Notes: generated by a model not told the origin, from the sequence alone. Counted from the first letter of the stretch, positions 28,024 to 43,763 are shown. The stretch: 64,000 nucleotides of DNA from Anaerolineales bacterium (GCA_044224715.1 JBGAJV010000006.1:74448-138447); one strand, 5' to 3'. A program made the numbers and translations.

Positions 28024-29441
28024 TGTTGCGACCGTTCGTGCACTTCACGCCTGCACGATACTGGATGAACGACCCGAACGGCTTGGTCTTTCACGCCGGC
28101 GAGTATCACCTGTTCTATCAATACAACCCCTTCGCCGATGTGTGGGGACACATGAGCTGGGGGCACGCCGTGAGCCGCGACCTCGTGCGCTGGGAGCACC
28201 TACCGGTGGCTCTGACCGAAGAAGACGGTGTGATGATCTTCAGCGGGTGCGCGGTCGTCGACCGGGATAACACGAGCGGTTTTGGCGCGCCTGGCGCGCC
28301 GCCACTGGTCGCGATCTACACAGGTCACACGGATCAAGAGCAGCACCAGAACATTGCGTATAGCCGCGATCTTGGCCGCACGTGGACCAAGTACCCGGGC
28401 AACCCCGTGGTCGCGATCGGCTCGCGCGAGTTCCGCGATCCCAAGGTGATCTGGCACGCGCCGACGCGTCGCTGGATCATGATCACGGTGCTCGCCGACC
28501 GGCACCAGGTGCGCTTCGACGGCTCGCCCGATCTGATCCACTGGGAGCACCTGAGCGACTTCGGGCCGTTTGGCGCCGAGGACGCGGTCTGGGAGTGCCC
28601 TGACCTGTTTCCGATCGCCGTCGAGGGTAGCCCGGACGAAACCGTCTGGGCCATCAAGGTCGACGTGTGTCGCAGCGTCGGCGCGCAGATGATCTTTGGC
28701 TGTTTTGACGGGCGCTCCTTCACGCCGCTCACGCCCGAGGCCCGCGCTTGGCGCGTCGATCACGGCGTCGACTTCTATGCCGCGCAATCCTGGAGTGATG
28801 TGCCCGATGGTCGGCGGATCTGGATCGCGTGGATGAACAGCTGGAACTACGCCAATCAGACGCCCTCCACGGGCTGGCGCGGCGTGTGTTCGATCCCCCG
28901 AGAGGTGATCGTGCGTCGCACGCCCGATGGGCTGCGACCCGCGCAGCGGCCGGTCCCCGAGCTGCAGGCCGCGCGGGCCGCGGGTGTGCGCCTCGACCTG
29001 GCCGACGTCGACGAGGCGAATGCCGCGTTGGCCGCCCTGGATCCGCATCCGGCGCTCGAACTGATGCTCACGGCCGACGTCGGCGCGGCGAAGCGCATCG
29101 GGCTGCGGATCCGTCACGGGCAGGCCGAAGTGACCGAGATCGTCTGCGACGTCGCGGCCCGCACCTTGAGCCTGGATCGACGCCGATCGGGTGAATCGGG
29201 CTTTTTCGACGGCTTTGCCGCGGCTCACACGGCGCCGTTGAGCCTCGATGGCGGCCGGCTCACGCTGCATGTGTTCCTGGATACGTGCACGGTCGAGGTG
29301 CTCGCCGACGACGGGCTCGTGGCACTTTCGGACCTGGTCTTTCCGCAGGACGCCCTGATGTCGTTGGAACTCTTCGCCGATGGCGAGCCCATGATCCAAT
29401 CGCTTCGTCTCTGGACCCTGCACTCGCTTTTTCCGGATTGA
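28020..29441 (+). CDS. GH32 beta-fructofuranosidase (invertase/levanase/sucrose-6-phosphate hydrolase class)
   Basis: ATGA overlap with GH65 and SD GGAGGTGG. The three GH32 catalytic motifs are present: WMNDPNGL, FRDPKV and WECPDLF. No signal peptide. Confidence 0.9.
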   Translation: MMLRPFVHFTPARYWMNDPNGLVFHAGEYHLFYQYNPFADVWGHMSWGHAVSRDLVRWEHLPVALTEEDGVMIFSGCAVVDRDNTSGFGAPGAPPLVAIYTGHTDQEQHQNIAYSRDLGRTWTKYPGNPVVAIGSREFRDPKVIWHAPTRRWIMITVLADRHQVRFDGSPDLIHWEHLSDFGPFGAEDAVWECPDLFPIAVEGSPDETVWAIKVDVCRSVGAQMIFGCFDGRSFTPLTPEARAWRVDHGVDFYAAQSWSDVPDGRRIWIAWMNSWNYANQTPSTGWRGVCSIPREVIVRRTPDGLRPAQRPVPELQAARAAGVRLDLADVDEANAALAALDPHPALELMLTADVGAAKRIGLRIRHGQAEVTEIVCDVAARTLSLDRRRSGESGFFDGFAAAHTAPLSLDGGRLTLHVFLDTCTVEVLADDGLVALSDLVFPQDALMSLELFADGEPMIQSLRLWTLHSLFPD

Positions 29442-29492
29442 TCACGCGGCGGCGATCTGCCCGGAGCGGGTCGCTGTCGCCGGGAACCACAG

Positions 29493-31310
<1,818 letters not shown>

Positions 31311-31332
31311 TCGGTAGAACAGGCGAGGACCT

Positions 31333-35514
<4,182 letters not shown>

Positions 35515-35531
35515 TCGAACCATTGCTCGAC

Positions 35532-35571
35532 GAAAAACGACCCGGACAACGCTGTCCGGGTCGTTTCGTTT
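35532..35571. terminator. Bidirectional intrinsic terminator between the convergent pullulanase and gltB genes
   Basis: Perfect 12-bp stem ACGACCCGGACA / TGTCCGGGTCGT with a 4-nt loop. Flanked by GAAAAA on one side and TTCGTTT on the other. Confidence 0.75.
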
Positions 35572-35591
35572 GCCTGTTCGTTGCGGGACGA

Positions 35592-38500
35592 CTAAGCCCG
35601 CCGATCGGCCGCGACGTCGATGTCGACCGCGTCGTTCTTGAGCTCGGCTTCGCGTTGCGCGGCGGCGACGGCCTTGGGCAGCACCTTGATGAAACGCCCG
35701 GCGCCGGAGCCCCAGTGGGCCACCAGCGCGGCGGCGATCTCGCTACCGGTCAACTCGGCGTGGCGTTGCACGCGCGCGCGCAGCTCGACGAAGTCGTCCT
35801 TGCTGGGGATCTGGATCTCGACCAGGTCCTGGTTGATGCGCTTGCGCGCCCAACCGTCATCGAGCACATAGGCGGTGCCGCCGGTCATGCCGGCCGCGAA
35901 GTTGTGCCCGATCGCGCCGAGGATCACGACCGTCCCGCCGGTCATGTATTCGCAGCCGTGGTCGCCGACGCCCTCGACGACCGCATCGGCGCCGCTGTTG
36001 CGTACGGCGAACCGCTCGCCCACGCGTCCGGCGATGAAGACCTCGCCGCCCGTCGCGCCGTACAACACCGTGTTGCCGGCGAGGAAGGGCGTGTATTCAT
36101 ACTGCGCTTCGCGCGGCGCATGGATGACGATGCGCCCGCCCGTCAGACCCTTGCCGACGTAGTCGTTGGCGGCCCCCGCCAGCGTCAGGTGGATGCCGGG
36201 GACGCTCCAGGCTCCGAACGATTGCCCGGCCTGGCCGCGCAGGCGGACGTCGAGCACTTCGCCGCCCTTGCCGTTGCCGCCCGCCAGATCGGTGCTGGCG
36301 TGCAGGCCCGCGTCGCCGAAGCGCCGGGCGATCGCGCCAGCAAGCCGCGCACCAAAGGTGCGGTCGCGGTTCGAGATCGTGTAGAAGAACTGACCGTGTC
36401 GGGCGTTGCCGAGCAGTTCCCAATCCGCCAACAGCTGCGCATTGAGCGGGCTGTCGGTGCTGACGGGGTTGGGTTCGCCGGCGTAGTGCCGGGCGCCGGC
36501 AGCGGGCGCGCTGATCACCTGGCTGAGATCCAGCGTCTCGCCGGCGGCGTTGGTGAAGACGCTCTGCCGCAGCCGGCCGACCTGGCCGATCGCGTCGTCG
36601 AGCGAGTCGAAGCCGAGCGTCCCCAGGAGCTCCTGCACCTCTTGCGCGATGTAGAGCATAAATGCGATCAAGTGCTCGGGCTTACCGTCGAACTTGGCGC
36701 GCAGTTCGTGTTTCTGGGTGGCGATTCCGACCGGGCAGGTGTTGAGGTGGCAGGCGCGCGCCATCTTGCAGCCCTCGGCGATGACCGCCGAGGTGCCGAA
36801 GCTGAATTCATCGGCGCCGAGCAGCGCGGCCATGACGACGTCGCGCCCGGTGCGCAGACCGCCGTCGACGCGCACGCGGACGCGCCCGCGCAGCCCGCTC
36901 GCGATGAGCATGTGCTGGGTCTCGGCCAGGCCAAGCTCCCAGGGCGCGCCGGTGTACTTGATGCTGCTGAGTGGCGAGGCGCCGGTGCCGCCCGAGTGCC
37001 CGCTGATCAGGATGACGTCCGCGCCGGCCTTGGCCACGCCTGCCGCGATCGTGCCGACGCCGGCCTGGGCCACGAGCTTGACCGAGACCACGGCGCGCGA
37101 GTTGACCTGCTTGAGGTCATAGATCAGCTGCGCCAGGTCTTCGATGCTGTAGATGTCATGGTGCGGCGGCGGCGAGATGAGCGAGAAGCCCGGCGTGGCA
37201 TGGCGCACGTCGGCGATCTCGACGGTCACCTTGTGCCCGGGCAGCTGGCCGCCCTCGCCGGGCTTGGCGCCTTGCGCCATCTTGATCTGGAGTTCTTCGG
37301 CGTTGACAAGATAGCTCGTGGTGACGCCGAAACGCGCCGAGGCGACCTGCTTGATCCGGTCGTTGCCCAGCGTCGGGTAGCGCTCGGGTGATTCGCCGCC
37401 CTCGCCGGAGTTGCTGAGCGCGCCCAGTTTGTTCATCGCCACCGACATCGACTCGTGCGCCTCGCGCGACAGCGAGCCGTGCGACATCGCCGCGGTCGAG
37501 AAGCGCCGCACGATGTCGCGCAGCCGGTCGGCCCGTTCCTGCCAGGTCGCCCCGGGGTCGATCGCGGCCGGCGTCTTTGGGGCCTTCGCGGGCACGAAGT
37601 CGAGCAGGTCGCGCGGGTCGACCGGCGGTCGCTGGTGCACGAGCTCGGCGTAGTGCTTGTAGCTGGCGAAGCCGTTCGCCCAGTTGCCGGTCAGGGCGTC
37701 CTCGGTCCGAACGGCAAGATGCAACGCGCGGACGACATCGGGGTTCCAGGCGTGCAACTCGCCGTCGCGCTTGAACTTGTAGTAACCGCGGCTGTCGAGC
37801 GACGCCTTGTCGGCGCCGAAAGCAGCCTGATGCCAGGCCAGCGTGATCCCGGCGACGCCGTCGAGGCTCAGTCCGCCGATGTGCGATGCCGTGCCGGCGA
37901 AGAAGCGATCGATAACGTCGCCGTCAAGGCCGATCGCCTCGAAGATCTGCGCGCCGCAATAGGCATCGACGCTGCTGATGCCCATCTTCGACATGATCTT
38001 GAGCAGGCCGTATTCGGCGGCGTGCATGTAGTTGTGGATGGCGGTCTCGCGCGACACGCCCCGCCCGAGTTCGACGGCCGTCTCGAGCGCCAGGTACGGG
38101 TGGATGGCCGCGGCGCCGTAGCCGATCAGACAGGCGAAGTGATGCACCTCGCGGGCCTCGCCGGTCTCGATCAGGAAGTCGACGCGGGTGCGCAGGTCGT
38201 TGCGCAGCAGGTGGTTGTGCGCCGCGCCAAGCGCCAACAAACTTGGCACGAACGCATAGCCGGTATCGACGCCCAGGTCAGAGAGCACCACGACCTCGGC
38301 GCCATTGCGGACGGCGCTTTCCGCCTCGACACAGATGCGCTCGACCGCGGCCTTGAGCCCGGCCGCGCCCTCGGTCACCGGGAAGAGCGTGCTCACCGTG
38401 GCGGCCTTGAGCGCGCGATCCGCGCGGATCGCGGCCAACTCGGCCGCGCTCAGGAACGGCGACGCCAACTCGAGCAGATCGGCCTGGCCCGGCGTCTCGG

Positions 38501-40112
38501 CCAGGAAATTGCGCCGAGCGCCGAGTTGAACCTTGAGCGACATCACGACCTTCTCGCGCAGCGAGTCGATCGGCGGATTGGTCACCTCGGCGAAGCGCTG
38601 ACGGAAAAACGAGAAGAGCGGGCGCGGCTTGTCGGAGAGCACCGCCGCCGGTGTGTCGTCGCCCATCGATCCGATCGCCTCGACGCCGTCGTCGACCATC
38701 GGACGGAGCACCATCACGAGCTCCTCGCCCGTGTAGCCGAAAGCGGCCTGGCGCGCGATGAGCGGAACCGGCGGCGCCGGCAGGATCTCGCTCTTGGCGA
38801 GGTTGTTGGGCAGCCGTCGGATGTGCTCGCGGACCCAGAGACCGTACGGCTTGCGCATCGCGAGCTCGGCCTTGATTTGGCTGTCCTTGTACAACGCGCC
38901 GGTGGCCGTGTCGACCAGCACCATCTGACCTGGGCCGAGTTTGCCGTTGAAACGAACGCGGGTCTCCTCGATCGGCAAGATGCCGGTCTCGGAGCCCGCG
39001 ACGACGAGCCCATCCTCGGTGACCGTGTAACGACAGGGGCGGAGGCCATTGCGATCGAGCGCCGCGCCGACCCGCGTGCCGTCCGTGAAGACCAGACCGG
39101 CCGGCCCGTCCCAGGGCTCGGTCATACAGGTGTGGTACTCGTACAGGTCACGCACGACCTCGGGGAGATCGGGGATGGCTTCCCACGCCGGCGGGACAAG
39201 CAGCGTGATCGCGTGATGCACGTCGCGGCCGCCGAAGTTGAGGAGCTCGATGACGTTGTCGAGCATGGCCGAGTCGGATCCGCGTTCATCCACCACCGGG
39301 CGCAGATCGTTCGCGGAGGCCCAGCCCGTGTTGAGCATCGGCTCGCGCGACTTCATCCAGTTGATGTTGCCCTGCAGCGTGTTGATCTCGCCGTTGTGCG
39401 CGAGCACGCGGAATGGCTGCGCGCGCTCCCAGGTGGGCAGTGTGTTCGTGCTGTAGCGCTGGTGGAAGACGATCAGGCTGACCGCGAACTCGGGGTCTCG
39501 CAGGTCCTCGTAGAATGCCGCGATCTGAGGCGCGTTCAGCAAGCCCTTGTAGACGATCGTGCGGCTCGACATCGACGGCACGTAGGCGCCGAGCGCCGCG
39601 GCACCGCGCTCGAAACGCTTGCGCGCCAAATACAGCGCGTGTTCGAATGCCTCGGCCGAGAGCGAGCCGGTCGGCGTGAGCAGCGCCTGTTCGATCACGG
39701 GCATCATCTTGCGCGCGCGCTCGCCAAGCGCCTCGGGCGCCACCGGGACGGGCCGCCAGGCGAGCACCGTCAAACCGTTGTAGTGCGCGGCTTCTTCGAG
39801 GCGTCGCCGGCACTCGGGCTCGGTGCCCGGCCGGAAGAAGAACATGCCGACGCCCAGGCGGTCCGGAGCTCGACCGCTGAGCTGGTTGGCGAGGCGAGCG
39901 AAGAAACCGGTCGGGATCGGGGTGAGGATGCCGGCGCCGTCGCCGGTGGAGGAGTCCGCCGAAAGAGCGCCGCGGTGTTCGAGATTGCCGAGCGCTTCAA
40001 GCCCGGCCGCGACGATGTCGTGGCTGGCGCGGCCGTTGACGTCGGCCACAAAGCCCATTCCGCAGTTGCCACGCTCAAACCGAGGGGTGAAGGGGGAGGG
40101 CGCCGACTTCAT
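35592..40112 (-). CDS. gltB: Glutamate synthase large subunit
   Basis: 1506 aa. Ntn amidotransferase start CGMGFVADVNG, FMN/synthase domain LISGHSGGTGASP, and a C-terminal GXGXG-type beta-helix region. SD AGGAG. Confidence 0.95.
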   Translation of the reverse strand: MKSAPSPFTPRFERGNCGMGFVADVNGRASHDIVAAGLEALGNLEHRGALSADSSTGDGAGILTPIPTGFFARLANQLSGRAPDRLGVGMFFFRPGTEPECRRRLEEAAHYNGLTVLAWRPVPVAPEALGERARKMMPVIEQALLTPTGSLSAEAFEHALYLARKRFERGAAALGAYVPSMSSRTIVYKGLLNAPQIAAFYEDLRDPEFAVSLIVFHQRYSTNTLPTWERAQPFRVLAHNGEINTLQGNINWMKSREPMLNTGWASANDLRPVVDERGSDSAMLDNVIELLNFGGRDVHHAITLLVPPAWEAIPDLPEVVRDLYEYHTCMTEPWDGPAGLVFTDGTRVGAALDRNGLRPCRYTVTEDGLVVAGSETGILPIEETRVRFNGKLGPGQMVLVDTATGALYKDSQIKAELAMRKPYGLWVREHIRRLPNNLAKSEILPAPPVPLIARQAAFGYTGEELVMVLRPMVDDGVEAIGSMGDDTPAAVLSDKPRPLFSFFRQRFAEVTNPPIDSLREKVVMSLKVQLGARRNFLAETPGQADLLELASPFLSAAELAAIRADRALKAATVSTLFPVTEGAAGLKAAVERICVEAESAVRNGAEVVVLSDLGVDTGYAFVPSLLALGAAHNHLLRNDLRTRVDFLIETGEAREVHHFACLIGYGAAAIHPYLALETAVELGRGVSRETAIHNYMHAAEYGLLKIMSKMGISSVDAYCGAQIFEAIGLDGDVIDRFFAGTASHIGGLSLDGVAGITLAWHQAAFGADKASLDSRGYYKFKRDGELHAWNPDVVRALHLAVRTEDALTGNWANGFASYKHYAELVHQRPPVDPRDLLDFVPAKAPKTPAAIDPGATWQERADRLRDIVRRFSTAAMSHGSLSREAHESMSVAMNKLGALSNSGEGGESPERYPTLGNDRIKQVASARFGVTTSYLVNAEELQIKMAQGAKPGEGGQLPGHKVTVEIADVRHATPGFSLISPPPHHDIYSIEDLAQLIYDLKQVNSRAVVSVKLVAQAGVGTIAAGVAKAGADVILISGHSGGTGASPLSSIKYTGAPWELGLAETQHMLIASGLRGRVRVRVDGGLRTGRDVVMAALLGADEFSFGTSAVIAEGCKMARACHLNTCPVGIATQKHELRAKFDGKPEHLIAFMLYIAQEVQELLGTLGFDSLDDAIGQVGRLRQSVFTNAAGETLDLSQVISAPAAGARHYAGEPNPVSTDSPLNAQLLADWELLGNARHGQFFYTISNRDRTFGARLAGAIARRFGDAGLHASTDLAGGNGKGGEVLDVRLRGQAGQSFGAWSVPGIHLTLAGAANDYVGKGLTGGRIVIHAPREAQYEYTPFLAGNTVLYGATGGEVFIAGRVGERFAVRNSGADAVVEGVGDHGCEYMTGGTVVILGAIGHNFAAGMTGGTAYVLDDGWARKRINQDLVEIQIPSKDDFVELRARVQRHAELTGSEIAAALVAHWGSGAGRFIKVLPKAVAAAQREAELKNDAVDIDVAADRRA

Positions 40113-40323
40113 GGTCAGACTCCTGCAATGAAGCGTTGGATAAAGTTCACTTGGTGTTCATAAAATAGAATTAATGTGAGGAAACGTCGCCACGACGCTG
40201 GGCCATGTTGACCGTGGGTAAAAGGGGGTATCGGATCTGAACGGTCTCGTCGCTTCGGACCCGCGCTTTTTCGGATGCGCTTTCGGCGCGGGGTCAGTAC
40301 ACTCGGCCCGGAGGATCCCCCAG

Positions 40324-42492
40324 ATGACACTACCGATCCGGCGCATTGCCGCCGCGGTGCTCGCCGTGGTCGTAGCCATCGGGCCGCTGACCCAGACGCC
40401 CGCACCAGCGTTTGCTTTGAGCGCCGCCTGGCTGCCGATGAACACGGCGGTGAGCCTGAGCGGCCAACCGCAGACCGCTGTTCCGTTGACGTTTGGCCAG
40501 ACTTTCGCCGACGGCGACGTGCCGGCCGGGCAGTCGCTTGCGCTGCGCGTCGAGGGCGCCTCGATTCCACTGCAGGTGGATGCGAAGGCGACCCATGCCG
40601 ATGGCTCGCTCCGACACGCTGTGTTGACCGCCGTGCTGCCTTCCGTGCCGGCGAATGCCGCGGTGCCGCTCTTGTTGAGCACGACTCCGGCCGTGGGCGG
40701 GACCCCCATCACGGCCGCGGCGTTGTTGGCCACGGCGTTCGACTCCGTCGTGACGGCCAACGTCGGCGGCACGCCCTATCGCGCATCCGCGCGCGAGCTG
40801 CTGCAGGCCGATACCAGCCGGACCTGGCTCGCCGGCCCGCTGGTCACCGAGTGGCTGCTCTCGGCGCCGCTCAAGACGGCCGGTGGGCAGGCACATCCGC
40901 ATTTGAGCGTGCGCTTTGCTGTTCGTGCGTATCAAGGCCTTCAACGCGTGCGTGTCGACGTGACGGTCGAGAACGACTGGGCCTTCGCGCCGAGCCCGCA
41001 GCCGTACACGTACGACGTGAACGTATCCGTCGGCGGCGCGACTGTCTTCGCGCAGAATGCCTTGAAGCACTACAGCCTGGCGCGTTGGCGAAAAGTGTTC
41101 TGGTGGGGCGGCGAACCCGAGATCGACGTCCGTCATGAGCGTGACGTCTTGCTCTTCAACCGGTCGGTGCCCTTCTACGATCCATCGCTGACCCTACGCG
41201 AGCAGGATCTTGCGGCGTTGTGGATCGAATGGACGACTCAAACCGACACGGCGCCGATGGGCGCGGGTCTGGTCGAGCCGTATATGCCGATGACCGGCGG
41301 TCGTCGCGATATCGGTCCGCTGCCCGGCTGGGCGGCCCAGTACCTGGTATCGATGGATCGGCGCGCGAAGCTGGCCACGCTGGGTGTCGGCGACCTCGCC
41401 GGCAGCTGGCCGATCCACTATCGCGATCAGAACACCGATCGTCCGGTGTCGCTGGCAGACTATCCCTATATGTCGCTGCTCGGCAATCCCGGCGACATGG
41501 TGAACCCTCACACCGGGTTGTCGGAGGCCTTTCCCGACTGTGTCGGCGACTGCACCACGCCGTTCGCTCCCGACTCGGCCCACCAGCCGTCACTGGCGTA
41601 TCTACCGTATCTCGTGACCGGCGATTACTACTATCTCGAGGAACTGCAGTTCTGGGCCAACTACAACCTGCTCGAGTCGAACCCGTATTACCGGGGCTTC
41701 GAGCAAGGTCTGCTGCACTGGGGCCAGGTGCGCGGCCAGGCCTGGTCTCTGCGCGCTCTCGCCGAGGCTGCCTTTATCACGCCGGATGCGCACCCGCTCA
41801 AGGCCTACTTCGTCGACCGGCTGGAGTTCAACCGGGTCTGGTACGCGGCGGAGTTCCTGGCGCCCGCTGCCAATGTGCTGGGCTTCAATCCGAGCGGATA
41901 CGCCTACGCCTACGACAATGGCCGCGGCGTGGCGCCCTGGCAGGACGACTTCTTCACCTGGTCTGTCGGTTACGCGGTCGATCTCGGCTTCACGAACTGG
42001 AAGCCGCTGTTGGATTACAAAGCCCGTTTCTCCGTCGGTCGGATGACGGCGCCCGGCATGTGCTGGATTTCGGCGGCGTCGTACTACCTGCTCGTACGCG
42101 ACTCTGACACGGCGCCGGACTACACCACGCTCGCGCAGGCCTACACGGCGACGATCGAACCGGCCGTGCGCGCGCAACCGTGTGCCAGCGCCGCGATGGG
42201 ACAGGCATTCGACCCGCCCCTGCAGGCTGGCGAAATGTCCGGCTATTCCTACAGCGATGAGGGCTACCCGTCGAACATGCAACCGGCCTTGGCCGTGGCC
42301 GTGCAGTCTGGCATCGCGGGCGCGGATCAGGCCTGGTCGACGTTCATGAGCCGGTCGGTCAAACCGGAGTACAGCGCGGAGCCGCAGTTCGCGGTTGTGC
42401 CGCGACCGGCGGCCGTGGTGGTCACGCCGCTGCCCTCGCAGACCGAGCGGCTTTATCTGCCTGTGGTCCGCCGACTGGCGAGCCAGCCCTGA
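40324..42492 (+). CDS. Secreted hypothetical protein (722 aa), possible polysaccharide lyase/hydrolase-like fold
   Basis: SD GGAGGA and a signal peptide (AVLAVVVAIGPLTQTPAPAFA). No family confidently recognised. The N-terminus VPLTFGQTFADGDVPAG...HADGSLRHAVL and a central Trp/Tyr-rich helical region are only weakly suggestive. Confidence 0.6.
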   Translation: MTLPIRRIAAAVLAVVVAIGPLTQTPAPAFALSAAWLPMNTAVSLSGQPQTAVPLTFGQTFADGDVPAGQSLALRVEGASIPLQVDAKATHADGSLRHAVLTAVLPSVPANAAVPLLLSTTPAVGGTPITAAALLATAFDSVVTANVGGTPYRASARELLQADTSRTWLAGPLVTEWLLSAPLKTAGGQAHPHLSVRFAVRAYQGLQRVRVDVTVENDWAFAPSPQPYTYDVNVSVGGATVFAQNALKHYSLARWRKVFWWGGEPEIDVRHERDVLLFNRSVPFYDPSLTLREQDLAALWIEWTTQTDTAPMGAGLVEPYMPMTGGRRDIGPLPGWAAQYLVSMDRRAKLATLGVGDLAGSWPIHYRDQNTDRPVSLADYPYMSLLGNPGDMVNPHTGLSEAFPDCVGDCTTPFAPDSAHQPSLAYLPYLVTGDYYYLEELQFWANYNLLESNPYYRGFEQGLLHWGQVRGQAWSLRALAEAAFITPDAHPLKAYFVDRLEFNRVWYAAEFLAPAANVLGFNPSGYAYAYDNGRGVAPWQDDFFTWSVGYAVDLGFTNWKPLLDYKARFSVGRMTAPGMCWISAASYYLLVRDSDTAPDYTTLAQAYTATIEPAVRAQPCASAAMGQAFDPPLQAGEMSGYSYSDEGYPSNMQPALAVAVQSGIAGADQAWSTFMSRSVKPEYSAEPQFAVVPRPAAVVVTPLPSQTERLYLPVVRRLASQP

Positions 42493-42506
42493 ACGGAGCA
42501 GCCGGT

Positions 42507-43763
42507 ATGACCGCGAAACGACTGACCTTGTTCGGCGTTGCCCTGCTTGGCGTCGCGGCTTCTGGGCTCAGCCTGGCCGCCCATCCGGCGCCGGCTGCGG
42601 CTGGGGCGCAAAACGCGACTCTGGTCGGGATCCCGGCGAACACGGCGCTCGACCTCGGCCATTACGACTGCGACCAGCCAGGCGACGATTCCTATTACTG
42701 CGAGAGTATCACCGACTACAGCGGGTTCGTCTACGACGCCGCGCATCACCGCTTCGTGTTGTTTGGCGGTGGACACGCAGCCACGTTTCGTGATGATCTT
42801 TCGATGTTCGACTTCGCCACGCTCAAGTGGTCCAGTGCCTACCCATCGACGTTGTGCGCGGATATGACCCTCGCCAACATGGACAAGCCCCTGATGCGTT
42901 GGACGACGACGGGCAACCCGTTTTCGCGGCACACCTACGACCTGAACGTGGTCGCCGAGAACACCGGTGAGTTTCTCCTGCTCGCCGGGACCAACGGGCG
43001 CGGTCTGTGTACGCCCGAGATAGACCCGGGCACGGGCTCGGATCCTTTCTATCTGCCGAAGAAATACTCGGCCTATGATCTGAACGACGGCGTCTGGCGG
43101 ATTGAGGACCGTGCGACGCCGTGGGATGGGCTGGCGAGCGCGGAGTACGACCCGGTCTCGGGCAAGGTCGTGATCCTCAGTGTCTACGGCCTGTGGGTCC
43201 TGGATCCGGTGACGCACACGACGATCCAGGCGCTCGACCAGTTCTCGGGGGCGCTGGCGACGGATCTCGGTTACGCCAACAACCTGACGTATTATCCGCC
43301 CAATCAGCGTATGTATCTGTTCGCGCGTGGCAACCCGACCCTCGTCTTCGAGGTTCAGCTCAACCGTAACGATTGGTCGGCAACGACGGTGACGCAGCTG
43401 CCGACACCGCCGAACGCACCCGAGTCACAGGAGAGCGGGTGGGTGTACGACACCGTGAATCAGGTGATTGGCGGCGGCGTTCGGGATGGCGGCTTCTACG
43501 CATACAATCCGCTCACCAATGCCTGGACCAGTCGAACGATGCAGGTCCAATCCGCCTTGGGCCAGAGCACGATCGGCACACAGGCGTTTCACAGCATCGG
43601 GTTCGACCCGGTCGATGGTGTGTATGTTTTCATCACCGATAACGCCAGCGGCTTTCGCGTGTGGGCCTATCGCTTCGGCGGCGCCGCGCCGACACCGGTG
43701 CCGCCGCCGACGTTTGCGCCCGGCCAGACCGAGCGCGTCTTCCTGCCGCGCCTTGGGCGATAG
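42507..43763 (+). CDS. Secreted hypothetical protein (418 aa), Kelch/galactose-oxidase-like beta-propeller suspected
   Basis: Signal peptide (LLGVAASGLSLAAHPAPAAA). Repeated F/Y..GG...L.D.W..D-type blade-like segments (RFVLFGGGH..., MYLFARGN..., GGFYAYNPLTNAWT). Confidence 0.55.
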   Translation: MTAKRLTLFGVALLGVAASGLSLAAHPAPAAAGAQNATLVGIPANTALDLGHYDCDQPGDDSYYCESITDYSGFVYDAAHHRFVLFGGGHAATFRDDLSMFDFATLKWSSAYPSTLCADMTLANMDKPLMRWTTTGNPFSRHTYDLNVVAENTGEFLLLAGTNGRGLCTPEIDPGTGSDPFYLPKKYSAYDLNDGVWRIEDRATPWDGLASAEYDPVSGKVVILSVYGLWVLDPVTHTTIQALDQFSGALATDLGYANNLTYYPPNQRMYLFARGNPTLVFEVQLNRNDWSATTVTQLPTPPNAPESQESGWVYDTVNQVIGGGVRDGGFYAYNPLTNAWTSRTMQVQSALGQSTIGTQAFHSIGFDPVDGVYVFITDNASGFRVWAYRFGGAAPTPVPPPTFAPGQTERVFLPRLGR

